In this document: one piece after another, positions 10,185 through 19,660 of the stretch
How the letters are laid out: the number at the start of each line of letters is the position of its first letter
Numbering within the stretch: position 1 is the stretch's first letter
DNA from: an uncultured marine group I thaumarchaeote
GTDB lineage: Archaea; Thermoproteota; Nitrososphaeria; Nitrososphaerales; Nitrosopumilaceae
Assembly (NCBI GenBank): GCA_902511735.1
Contig: CABXGK010000001.1
Span: forward strand, 1 to 57,894
Length of the DNA stretch: 57,894 nucleotides
Direction: 5' to 3'
Notes under the pieces: generated by a model
Databases searched by the model: none
Told to the model about the DNA's origin: nothing
The model's input: only the letters and a program-made list of their open reading frames with translations
Made by a program: the position numbers and the translations under genes

Positions 10185-10904
10185 TTATTTGTCGTGGTTC
10201 ATATGAAGACCACATTCTTTGTTTGTATCATTTTCCCACCACCATCGACCTGCTCTGATATCTTCACCGATCTTAATTGGTCTAGTACATGGTTCACAAC
10301 CAATACTAGGATAACCCTGATCAAGTAATTTGTTATATGGACAATTGTTTGATTTTACATAATCCCATGTTTGCTCATATGTCCAGTTAACAAGTGGATT
10401 AACCTTTACAATATTTCCATGCATTTCATCAATTTCAAGCATGCTAGCCCCAGAACGATTCTGGGTTTGATCATTTCTAAGACCAGTAATCCAGCCATCA
10501 AGTGTTGCTAACATTTTATTCATTGGATGAACTTTTCTAATAGCACAACAGAGTTTTCTGTTTTCAATACTTTCATAGAAACAATTCAAACCTTTGTCTT
10601 GAATCATTTTTTCAACTTCAGCTGGATCAGGATACAACTTTTCAATTTTTGTATTGTAACGTTGTTCAACTTGTTCCATTGCATCAAAGGTTTCTTTAGG
10701 CAATCTTCCTGTTTCAAGTGTAAACAATCTAGAATCAGAATTAATTTTGAACATCATATCAATAATTGTTGCATCTTCTGCACCAAAACTTGATGCCTTT
10801 GCTAATTTAGGATGAAGATTGTCAAATGCCCATTTCAAACAATCTTCTGGAGTAGAGAGAGTTTTGTTCACTTGATCTAGCTCTTGCTGACTAAATTTTC
10901 CCAT
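10185..10904 (-). CDS. cysH: APS/PAPS reductase (CysH family, 4Fe-4S type)
   Basis: [46 protein letters not shown]. Confidence 0.92.
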   Translation of the reverse strand: MGKFSQQELDQVNKTLSTPEDCLKWAFDNLHPKLAKASSFGAEDATIIDMMFKINSDSRLFTLETGRLPKETFDAMEQVEQRYNTKIEKLYPDPAEVEKMIQDKGLNCFYESIENRKLCCAIRKVHPMNKMLATLDGWITGLRNDQTQNRSGASMLEIDEMHGNIVKVNPLVNWTYEQTWDYVKSNNCPYNKLLDQGYPSIGCEPCTRPIKIGEDIRAGRWWWENDTNKECGLHMNHDK

Positions 10905-11000
10905 AAATCTCAATATCTATTCAAGTATTATAATTATATCAAAATTAGCTCGAGTTAAGGAATATTGTAAAATATAAACTCCTTAAAAATAACAAATTAG

Positions 11001-12116
11001 ATGAAAGAAGATACGCTAGTAGTTGTTTATCCATCACTATTTGCTGAAAATAAAATTAATCAACTAATAGAGAACATTAAAATGATTTTAAAGATAAAAA
11101 ATCTGAAATTTGGAAAGATCATTAAAGATGATTTTTTGATTTGTATAGAAGCAGATGATCCAGTTTTTGTTTCTAGTGCAATTGGATTATTATTTGGAAT
11201 AAAACAAATTGTAATTGCAAAGAAAATTAAAAATGATTTTAAAACAATTGTAACACAGATTGGCGAAATAGGTTCTAATCTTCTTTTGAAAGGTGAAAAG
11301 TTTTTTGTAAAAGCAGATGGACATGCAAAAGGATTTGTAATAAAGGATTTAGAATTAGCTGCAACATCAGAATTAATACAAAAAAATCAAAAAATTTCTG
11401 CAAAACCAGGAACAGAATCTAAACATGACAAATTATTACAAATTTATGTAACAAAATCCAATGCATATGTCTGTATTTTTGTAGATGATGGTTTAGGAGG
11501 TACTGTAAATAATTCACAATTACAAAAATCAATTTGTTGTATTGTTGATGAATTTTCAGCCATTAATTGTCTTGAGACCATTAAACAAGGTTTTGATGTT
11601 AAACCGATAATATGTCATGAGACACGAGAAGATCTAATACATTTAGTGAAGATTTTGGATAAATTACTTCCTAGAATGTTACGATTAGATGTAAACTTGG
11701 AATTCCACAAGATTCCAAAGTTTGAAAAAAATTCTGAAGGAATTTTATCAAAAACTTCACTTGTTACTGAGGTTTTAATCAAAGGTGCAAAACAAGAAAA
11801 AATTTCACATGTTTCACTTGCAATCTCACCGTTGATTTTCCCTTCAAAATATGTTGAAAATTTACAAAAACAAGTATTCAACGCTAATTTAATTCCGCAT
11901 ATTGCACTATCAGGAATTGATTCAGAAATTATTAGAAATGCAAAAGAAATAGGAATGGACAAGTATATTTCAAAAATTGAAAAATTTGCAAAAACTAATT
12001 TTGCAAAAACAAAAGTAAAACAAAACAAAGGAAAAATTTCAAAGAAGATTATCAAGATTAGATTAGGACCAAATAATGTTCATACCATATTGGACTCCTT
12101 AGAAATTGAACACTGA
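11001..12116 (+). CDS. ThiI-like THUMP-domain protein with degenerate PP-loop domain
   Basis: ThiI-like N-terminus (LFGIKQI...GEKFFVK, GLGG); no SGGxDS at the expected position (CCIVDEFSA). Confidence 0.6.
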   Translation: MKEDTLVVVYPSLFAENKINQLIENIKMILKIKNLKFGKIIKDDFLICIEADDPVFVSSAIGLLFGIKQIVIAKKIKNDFKTIVTQIGEIGSNLLLKGEKFFVKADGHAKGFVIKDLELAATSELIQKNQKISAKPGTESKHDKLLQIYVTKSNAYVCIFVDDGLGGTVNNSQLQKSICCIVDEFSAINCLETIKQGFDVKPIICHETREDLIHLVKILDKLLPRMLRLDVNLEFHKIPKFEKNSEGILSKTSLVTEVLIKGAKQEKISHVSLAISPLIFPSKYVENLQKQVFNANLIPHIALSGIDSEIIRNAKEIGMDKYISKIEKFAKTNFAKTKVKQNKGKISKKIIKIRLGPNNVHTILDSLEIEH

Positions 12117-12146
12117 GAATTTAAACGGGAATTTTGGATTAAAAGT

Positions 12147-13376
12147 ATGGCAAAGATAGGGCAATTCATCTATCCGTGGGGAAATGGTCATTATTCTAGA
12201 ATGATGAGATTAAATGAAAAATTAAAAGAATCAGGCGATAATGAATTTCATTATTTTAGTAAGGGTGATATTTACAAAAAATTACTAGAAAAATTTCCAG
12301 ATGAAAAAGAAAATGTACATGAAGTTTTGATGCCTACGCCAATTGATGGTAAGTTCGGACCAAGCTTAGCAAAATCTTTGTGGAATTTCCTATTGCCTGT
12401 AGAAGGAAATGAACCTCTTGTAACACAAATTTCAAGTTATCTCAAAAATGAAGGTAAACTATACAACAAGATTGGATTTGATTTAGTGATTAATGATGGA
12501 GATATGGGTTCAAATGTATTAGCAGAACGACGAAACATTACAAGTCTCTTTGTAACTAATCAGTTCAAACCAAAATTATGGAAATCACGAATGTATTTCA
12601 AACCTGCATTAGAATTTGTTGCAAAACAAATCTCAAAGGCATCTAGAATTCTAGTTGCAGATTCTGAACCACCATATACAATGTGTGAATATAATCTAAA
12701 TTTTTCAAAAGAGATTCAAGATAAAGTAACATATGTTGGACATTTTACAAATAATAAAACAATTGAGAAAAATGAAAAGAATGATTTAGAAAAATTGATT
12801 TCAGATTCTGTTTATGGTTACTGGATGAGAACTGGAAATAAATCAACAAATGATGGAACTGGTGAAAGATATGAAGAGGCATTTCATCAATCTGAAATGA
12901 AAGATGAGAAGAGAATAATTTCACATGCAAGAGATGATCCTAGCATTGATAGAGTTCTAGACAAAAATGGAAATAAATATTCAATAGCAGAAGCATATGA
13001 AAAGAAAATTGATTGGATTCAGATTGATAAAGGATTTCTTTCTGAGCAGGAAAAATAAACTGTTTTGAATTCGTGTAAATATGCGGTAGTAAATGGATCT
13101 CATACAGTGATGGGAGAGATTTTAGGAAGTCATGCAAAACCAATAATTGGAATTCCAATTTATGATGAACACACAAATCAGATAGAGTGGACAAAAGAAA
13201 AGAAATTGGGGTTATTTGCTCAAAATAGGATGCAAATAGTTGAAGCTGTAAGGCAAATGCATGAAAATTATGAGGAATATGCCAATTCTGTAAAAGAATT
13301 TTCGAGAAATTTCAATGGGAATGGCGTGAATAACACAGCAAAAATTGTATCAGAAATTTTAGAAAACAAAAAATAA
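12147..13376 (+). pseudogene. GT-B glycosyltransferase (family 28-like) interrupted by in-frame TAA at 13056-13058
   Basis: ORFs 12147-13058 and 13065-13376 share one frame (EQEK*TVLNSCKY). N-terminal GNGHYSR and C-terminal NGSHTVMGE/IPIYDEH motifs together make one GT-B protein. A sequencing error is possible. Confidence 0.7.
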
Positions 13377-13400
13377 TAGATTTTAAAATTAATCAGACGT

Positions 13401-13466
13401 ACTGGTGCGCGGTTTGTCGATGGGCGAACTGACCGCAAGGGATGAAGAGTTAATCCGCGCATCAGT
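13401..13466 (+). ncRNA. Candidate K-turn-containing small RNA hairpin
   Basis: GC-rich island; 12-bp terminal stem ACTGGTGCGCGG/CCGCGCATCAGT; internal CTGA-CC(GCAA)GG-GAT-GA; upstream TTTTAAAA; downstream T7. Confidence 0.55.
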
Positions 13467-13526
13467 CATTTTTTTGATCTCAAAAATGAGGCAACACTCT
13501 TATGTAAAAATACAAGGAAATCGATA

Positions 13527-13865
13527 TTGGTAAACTGTCCTGAGTGTGTAAGTAGAGAAATTGCAAGAAAGAAGAAACAGCTAGAGGCAGATTTTAAGGC
13601 AGAAGAACAAGAAGAAGGTTTTGAATTTAGAGCACCACCATACAGAGAAATGGAAGATGAGATAGATTTTGAAGAATTAGGTCTAATAATGAAATTAGAT
13701 CCTGCAACTAAACACTTCATTTGTAAGAGATGTGGTCTTTATGCTACAAGAGAACAAGTTAGTGATATCAGATACAAATTATCTCGTAAAGAAAGTACAA
13801 AATCAGATAAACAGTATGATTATCTAGATTGGTGGCAAAAGAGCAAAAAAGACAAAGACGAATAA
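13527..13865 (+). CDS. Hypothetical protein with two CxxC pairs (Zn-ribbon-like)
   Basis: CPEC and CKRC motifs; TTG start. Confidence 0.7.
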   Translation: MVNCPECVSREIARKKKQLEADFKAEEQEEGFEFRAPPYREMEDEIDFEELGLIMKLDPATKHFICKRCGLYATREQVSDIRYKLSRKESTKSDKQYDYLDWWQKSKKDKDE

Positions 13866-13878
13866 TTTTTGATGATAA

Positions 13879-14244
13879 ATGGCTAAAAAAAAGGACGAAG
13901 TTCCAGAAGATATCAATAAAGAATTAGAGTCACCAAAATTTGGAAAGCCAAAATCTATGACTCAATCAGGATACGTTTTAGATATTAATGAAAAAGATAA
14001 GAAAGTTGATTTACAATTATATGAATCAGTTCAAGGAACAACAATTCTTGAAGGATTGAATGTTTCAAAAGATGTTAAACTAAATGATTTAGAAAAAGGA
14101 GTTGTATGTGAATTCAAATTAAATGAACTCAAAGCCAAACTAAGTAAAAAAACAGTTGATTATCTTGCTGAACAAGGAATTAATCTTAAAGAAATTGTTC
14201 AGTATGAATTAGCTGAAATGAAGATTATAGATGAGAACGCCTAA
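13879..14244 (+). CDS. Hypothetical protein
   Basis: 121-aa ORF with typical composition, 13 bp after the previous gene on the same strand. Confidence 0.7.
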   Translation: MAKKKDEVPEDINKELESPKFGKPKSMTQSGYVLDINEKDKKVDLQLYESVQGTTILEGLNVSKDVKLNDLEKGVVCEFKLNELKAKLSKKTVDYLAEQGINLKEIVQYELAEMKIIDENA

Positions 14245-15041
14245 GGGTCTCTCTTAGCAAGCTGTTTTCTAAAAGCACTTCCAATTATAGGATTAATTAG
14301 AAATGGGAATGTTTGCTTAAACCATATTCCAATTCTTACAAAAGATGGAACAACTATTTCCAGTCTGGATGAATTTGAAGCCTTGATTATTGCTTTTGCT
14401 ACAGTATCAGCACTCAGAGAAATTCCAGTTGCAAATTTAGTGAAATTTTTGAAAGATGGATGATCAAATAGATTTGTTCGAACCATTATCGGGCTTACAA
14501 CAGTCACTCCAACATTAGTTCCATGAAGTTCATGATGTAATCCTTCAGAAAAACCCAACATTGCATATTTTGTTGCACAGTATGATGCAATACCAGGAAC
14601 TCCAAAGCTTCCACCAACTGATGCCACGTTAACCATATGACCAGAATTTTGTTTTAAAAAATGGGGCAAGAAGTGTTTTGTGCAGTTAATTGTACCAAAA
14701 TAGTTTGTTTTCATTTGAGATTCAATATCTTCAATGGATAATTCTTCTACTTTTCCATAAATTACAAATCCAGCATTATTTACAAGAACATCTATTTTAG
14801 AAAATGTTTCAATTACTTTTTCAGACATTAGTTTAACTTGTTCTTTATCTGATACATCACAAACTTGTACTAGAATTTTTGTTGAATATTTAGAAAGTTT
14901 TCTTTCAACTTCTTCTAGCTTGTCTTTTCTTCGTGCAACAAGTACAATATTCGCTCCTTTTTTTGCAAATTGTTCAGCAGCTGCTTCACCAATTCCACTA
15001 GATGCCCCAGTAATTACAACAACTTTATTTTTGAAATTCAT
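14241..15041 (-). CDS. Short-chain dehydrogenase/reductase (SDR)
   Basis: TGASSGIG, NNAG, YCATK catalytic motif. Confidence 0.92.
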   Translation of the reverse strand: MNFKNKVVVITGASSGIGEAAAEQFAKKGANIVLVARRKDKLEEVERKLSKYSTKILVQVCDVSDKEQVKLMSEKVIETFSKIDVLVNNAGFVIYGKVEELSIEDIESQMKTNYFGTINCTKHFLPHFLKQNSGHMVNVASVGGSFGVPGIASYCATKYAMLGFSEGLHHELHGTNVGVTVVSPIMVRTNLFDHPSFKNFTKFATGISLSADTVAKAIIKASNSSRLEIVVPSFVRIGIWFKQTFPFLINPIIGSAFRKQLAKRDP

Positions 15042-15044
15042 TTG

Positions 15045-16061
15045 CTATGCAGAATTTGGTTTACTTATTTTACTTAATGCTAGTTTTACTAGCAAGATCC
15101 ATGTTACAGCAATTGGTACATAGTATGTTGCAATTCTCCAACCAATTACAGCATTCCATTGTAGCGAATCAACATCTGCTGAGAAATTAAATGGATCTAA
15201 ATTATTGAGATAAGCAATAATTCCAAATTCTGCCAAACCTGAACCGCCAACAGTAATTGGAAGATTAGCAATCGCGTTTGCACCCATAACTGCCATAACT
15301 GAATCAAAGAATTCTACTGCATATCCTACACCATCTGCTATTATCAAAAATGATACACCATAACATGTCCAAGAAACAATTGATACGAAAAATCCCACAG
15401 TAAAAACTTTTTTTGATTTACTAGAGTGAAGGTTTTCTCTGCTCATCACACAAACTTCTTTAATCCAACCGTTAGTTTGTTTAACATATTTTTCTCCACG
15501 TTCTTTTCCTATCGTAGTAGCAAGAAATGCAATTACTCTTGGAAGTGTGAATGTTCGTTTTGATGACAAGAAGAATAAAACAATCCATAATCCTGTAATT
15601 GGAACAGCAGTTCCTAAAACTACTGCACCAACAACGTATGCACCATACATTAATGCTAAAATTCCTGCAAGAATTGAAAGAACTCCTGCGGCAAAAACTT
15701 CAGTTACAATATCTAACAGTGCGACCCAAGAAGCTTTTGATGTTGGAATTCCTTTTTTTGTCATGTAATAGATAACTGCAAACTCTGCTCCAACAAACAT
15801 TGGAGTTGTAAATTTGATAAACTCACTGCCAACACGCATTGCCGTTAATCGTTTTATCGAATCAAATGGACCAAGAAAGGTTCGTGCAATGTACGCAAGC
15901 TTTAATCCCTGTAATCCTAATTTTGCCATTATTGCAATTACAGCTAATGTGAAAGGAATAGCACCGATTGCAAAGACATCTTCAGCTGAGATATCGAATT
16001 GAATGGCAATTATTATGATAGGAATGAGAGTAACAGGAATTACTGCTAGTCGCCAGTTCAT
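15045..16061 (-). CDS. UPF0104 / lysylphosphatidylglycerol-synthase TM-region (flippase-like) membrane protein
   Basis: Polytopic; TTPMFVGAE, LPITVGGSGLAE, WRIATYY. Confidence 0.8.
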   Translation of the reverse strand: MNWRLAVIPVTLIPIIIIAIQFDISAEDVFAIGAIPFTLAVIAIMAKLGLQGLKLAYIARTFLGPFDSIKRLTAMRVGSEFIKFTTPMFVGAEFAVIYYMTKKGIPTSKASWVALLDIVTEVFAAGVLSILAGILALMYGAYVVGAVVLGTAVPITGLWIVLFFLSSKRTFTLPRVIAFLATTIGKERGEKYVKQTNGWIKEVCVMSRENLHSSKSKKVFTVGFFVSIVSWTCYGVSFLIIADGVGYAVEFFDSVMAVMGANAIANLPITVGGSGLAEFGIIAYLNNLDPFNFSADVDSLQWNAVIGWRIATYYVPIAVTWILLVKLALSKISKPNSA

Positions 16062-16119
16062 TGCTCAATTTTTAAGAGATTCAAATATAAGCGAATAAAA
16101 AAGAATTTTTGTCGAACCA

Positions 16120-16878
16120 TTGAAAGTTATTTTCGTTACAGGCACAGCAGGGGCAGGAAAGTCATTACTGACTTCAAAAATTAAAGAATATTATGCAAAA
16201 AATTCTACATTCCCAATTACGCTAAATTTGGATCCTGGAGTTGCAAGCTTGCCATATTCTCCAGATATTGATGTCAGAGATTATGTTGATCTCAATTCAT
16301 TGATGGAACAATACGAATTAGGTTCTAATGGCTCATTGATTATGGCAAATGATCTAGTTGCTACAAAAATTGATGATATACAAAAAGAAGCAGATACAAT
16401 TAATCCAGATTATCTTATTGTTGATACACCAGGACAAATTGAATTATTTGCATATAGACAGAGCGGTCCATTTTTTGTAAATGAATTTCAAGCTGAAGAA
16501 AAAATGAATTTATTTTTGTTTGATGGAACAATGGTTTCAACTCCAAGTAATTTTGTATCACTAATGCTACTTTCAACATCAATACGATTACGATTAGGAT
16601 TACCAACTGTTAATGTAATCACAAAAACTGATCTTATACAAGAAAAGATAGAACAGGTACTAAGCTGGTCAGGAACAGACTCTAAATTAGAGGCAGATTT
16701 GGCAGGGGAAGTGAATGGAGATACATTTTCTCTAGTATCAGATATGCTCACAAGCATAAACAGAAATGATTTTCAGCAGGATTTGATTCCAGTATCTAAT
16801 GCAACAGGTGATGGAATGGTAAACCTGCAGAGTGCTCTAAGCAGAACGATTAACTTGGGCGAAGAGGTAGAAGACTAA
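16120..16878 (+). CDS. GPN-loop GTPase
   Basis: GTAGAGKS, NLDPG, DVRD, LGSNG (GPN position), DTPGQIE, TKTD. Confidence 0.88.
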   Translation: MKVIFVTGTAGAGKSLLTSKIKEYYAKNSTFPITLNLDPGVASLPYSPDIDVRDYVDLNSLMEQYELGSNGSLIMANDLVATKIDDIQKEADTINPDYLIVDTPGQIELFAYRQSGPFFVNEFQAEEKMNLFLFDGTMVSTPSNFVSLMLLSTSIRLRLGLPTVNVITKTDLIQEKIEQVLSWSGTDSKLEADLAGEVNGDTFSLVSDMLTSINRNDFQQDLIPVSNATGDGMVNLQSALSRTINLGEEVED

Positions 16879-17798
16879 TGGTAAAATCAGTAACTGTACG
16901 TGCTCCTTGCTCTACTGCAAATTTGGGTCCAGGATTTGATGTATTTGGTTTAGCACTTGATGCACTTTATGATAATGTAGTTCTAACAAAGAAAGGAAAA
17001 GGAGTTGTCATAGTAAGTTCAGATAACATCCCACTTAGTCCATCAAAAAATACTGCAGGATTAGTTGCAATTGCAATGAAAAAGAAATTCAAGATAAAAG
17101 ATGGCATAGAAATTAAAATTAAAAAAAATGTTCCTGCAGGCTATGGAATGGGGAGTAGTGCTGCATCCGCTGCTGCATGTGCAGTAGGAATTAACAAGTT
17201 GTACAATTTGAAATTGAATGATGCTGATTTAGTAGAATGTGCAGGAATTGGTGAAAAGGCCAGTGCAGGCACAATACATTATGATAATGTTGCAGCATCA
17301 GCACTAGGTGGATTTGTAATAGTGAAAACAAAACCTTTGCAAGTTGCTAAAATTCAGCCTCCAAATGACTTGGTTTTGTGTGTTGCAGTTCCAGAACTGA
17401 AGGTTCCTGCAAAGAAAACCAAGGTTTCAAGAGGAGCTATTCCAAAAAAAGTTTCATTATCAAATATGGTACAAAATATTTCAAATGCAGCATCAATAGT
17501 TGCAGGTTTTTCAGAGAAAAACTCTGAATTGATTGGCCGATCTGTACAAGATGTAATTGTTGAGCCTGCAAGAAAACATATGATTCCAGGATTTGATAGA
17601 GTGAAAAAGAATGCATTAGCTGCAGGTGCATATGGAGTTACAATTAGCGGTGCAGGACCATCAGTGATAGCATTTACAGATAAAAAACATGATTCAAAGA
17701 AAATTTCTAATGCAATGAAACGAGGATTCAAAGATGCAAAAAAGAAGTCCAATGTTTTTATTTGTAAACCAAGCAAAGGTCCTGTAATCAAAAGATAA
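16878..17798 (+). CDS. thrB: Homoserine kinase
   Basis: PCSTANLGPGFD, PAGYGMGSSAAS, HYDNV, ISGAGPS. Confidence 0.95.
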   Translation: MVKSVTVRAPCSTANLGPGFDVFGLALDALYDNVVLTKKGKGVVIVSSDNIPLSPSKNTAGLVAIAMKKKFKIKDGIEIKIKKNVPAGYGMGSSAASAAACAVGINKLYNLKLNDADLVECAGIGEKASAGTIHYDNVAASALGGFVIVKTKPLQVAKIQPPNDLVLCVAVPELKVPAKKTKVSRGAIPKKVSLSNMVQNISNAASIVAGFSEKNSELIGRSVQDVIVEPARKHMIPGFDRVKKNALAAGAYGVTISGAGPSVIAFTDKKHDSKKISNAMKRGFKDAKKKSNVFICKPSKGPVIKR

Positions 17799-17801
17799 GA
17801 A

Positions 17802-18476
17802 ATGAAAAGAGCTGTTATCATTTTAAGTGGAGGTTTAGATTCAGCATGCATGATGTCATATCTGAAAAAAGGATACCAGTTGTATGGAATTACTTTTGCG
17901 TATGGTCAAAGAGCATCTGAGGAAATAAAGGCTGCAAAGCGTATTGGAAAATTACTAAAACTAAAAGAACATAAAATTCTCGATATTGGATTCATGAAGG
18001 AATTGTACGGGGACAGCAATGTATTAACAAATACAAAGAAAAAGATGCCTAGTACCTTTGAATATTCTATTGTAGTTCCTATCAGAAATGCTATTTTTCT
18101 CTCAATTGCCACAGCATGGGCATTTACTCTAAATGCAGAATTAGTAGCATATGGAGCACAAAAAGGAGATACCAAATATCCAGATTGTAGACCAGAATTT
18201 ACCAAAAAAATACAATCTGCATTAAACCAAGGCGAATATGACGGAATTAAAAATAAAATTAGAAAAGAAATTAAAATCTGGTCTCCATATTCAGAAAATA
18301 TTTCAAAAAGTGATTTAATAAAAAAGGGTCACAAGGTTTTAGGAAATGAAATTTTCAAAACCTGGAGCTGTTATCTAAGTGGAAAGATGCAGTGTGGAAA
18401 ATGTGAATCTTGTAATAACAGAAAGATTGCATTTGCAAAAGCAAAGATTGAAGATAAAACGAAATATTTGAACTAG
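17802..18476 (+). CDS. queC: 7-cyano-7-deazaguanine synthase
   Basis: SGGLDS, YGQR, VPIRN, YPDCRPEF, TWSCY...CGKCESC. Confidence 0.93.
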   Translation: MKRAVIILSGGLDSACMMSYLKKGYQLYGITFAYGQRASEEIKAAKRIGKLLKLKEHKILDIGFMKELYGDSNVLTNTKKKMPSTFEYSIVVPIRNAIFLSIATAWAFTLNAELVAYGAQKGDTKYPDCRPEFTKKIQSALNQGEYDGIKNKIRKEIKIWSPYSENISKSDLIKKGHKVLGNEIFKTWSCYLSGKMQCGKCESCNNRKIAFAKAKIEDKTKYLN

Positions 18477-18478
18477 TT

Positions 18479-18793
18479 TTAGAGTACTGTTCGTTTCAAT
18501 ACAAATCTACGAGCACCAAGATACCACGCTGCAAAGACCATACCTACGATTCCCCAGAATATCCAGTTTAGTGCTGTTTGTTGCATCTCTGGTTCGTCAG
18601 TAACAGAACAGTTAGTTTCTTGAGATTCTTGTTCACATTCCCATCCATACATAACTACAGAGTCTTCAAAGAATGGACTGGTCTGCCATGCTAAAACTAC
18701 TGCAACTGCGATAACTATTGCAAATTCAATTACAAACCAACTAAAAAATGGCCATGATTCACTTGGAACATGTATGTTATTTCTTGCAGGCAT
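18479..18793 (-). CDS. Small two-TM hypothetical membrane protein
   Basis: Two hydrophobic helices around an acidic loop containing two Cys. Confidence 0.6.
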   Translation of the reverse strand: MPARNNIHVPSESWPFFSWFVIEFAIVIAVAVVLAWQTSPFFEDSVVMYGWECEQESQETNCSVTDEPEMQQTALNWIFWGIVGMVFAAWYLGARRFVLKRTVL

Positions 18794-18836
18794 GATGAAT
18801 TTCTAATTAGGGGATTATTTAATTTTTGATAGGAAC

Positions 18837-19376
18837 TTACTTGTTTTGAATGGCTTTGAGTAGCTCTTCTTTGGCTTTTTGATCCTCAAATACGCCTCTA
18901 AATGCTGAAGATGTCACTATAGCATCATTTTTGACACCTCTCATTTTCATACAAAGATGCTCACCTTCTGCCATAACTGCAACGCCTTTTACACCCTGTG
19001 CATAAATCTCATCTGCAACATTTTTTGTAATTCTTTCTTGGATTTGTAATCTCTTTGAGAATTTCTCTACGACTCTTACTAGTTTTGAAATGCCAAAGAC
19101 TCTTCCATTTGGAATGTATGCAATTTGGATTTTACCAAAGAAAGGAAGCATGTGATGTTCACACATTGAGTAGTATTGAATATTCTTTGCAACTACCATC
19201 TCAGAGTCTTCTGAAAATTGAACAGATAATTCAGAATCAGAATCATAACCAGAAAATATTTCACCATAAGCATCAGCAATTCTTCTAGGAGTATCTTTTA
19301 GACCTTCTCTAGTAGGATCCTCACCGAGTTCAATGATTAATTCACGTACGAGTTTTTTGACACGATCTTTATCCAT
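18837..19376 (-). CDS. folE: GTP cyclohydrolase I
   Basis: GEDPTREGL, SMCEHHMLPF, GISKL, RLQIQER, HLCMKMRG. Start placed at MDKDRV. Confidence 0.95.
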   Translation of the reverse strand: MDKDRVKKLVRELIIELGEDPTREGLKDTPRRIADAYGEIFSGYDSDSELSVQFSEDSEMVVAKNIQYYSMCEHHMLPFFGKIQIAYIPNGRVFGISKLVRVVEKFSKRLQIQERITKNVADEIYAQGVKGVAVMAEGEHLCMKMRGVKNDAIVTSSAFRGVFEDQKAKEELLKAIQNK

Positions 19377-19430
19377 ATGATCAGTTGATTTCAAAGGTTA
19401 TTTTAAACGATGTGGAATTTTTAGGCACAG

Positions 19431-19628
19431 TTATTCTTGAATTATAATTTCTTTTTTGTAGAACATACCAGAGATCATAAAGACAACTCCTAATATTCCA
19501 ATTAGACTTCCAACAAACTCAATTGTTGATACTACTCCTTCAGCAAGGGGTGCTATTGCAAGTGCAATAAAAGCACCAAAGATTACCATTGGCAGTCCAA
19601 CACCGAAAATGATTGCTTTTGAAGTCAT
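19431..19628 (-). CDS. Small two-TM membrane protein
   Basis: 65 aa with two hydrophobic helices. Confidence 0.6.
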   Translation of the reverse strand: MTSKAIIFGVGLPMVIFGAFIALAIAPLAEGVVSTIEFVGSLIGILGVVFMISGMFYKKEIIIQE

Positions 19629-19660
19629 AATGAAAAACGAGACTGAAATCTATATGAAGT

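Noticed and set aside
13056-13058. Programmed Sec/Pyl readthrough in the glycosyltransferase
   Set aside because: The codon is TAA; Sec uses TGA and Pyl uses TAG.
13401-13466. Hairpin as tRNA, rRNA fragment, hammerhead ribozyme or plain terminator
   Set aside because: No cloverleaf or hammerhead core, and only short chance-level rRNA-like words. A GC-rich hairpin of this size is not needed for archaeal T-tract termination.
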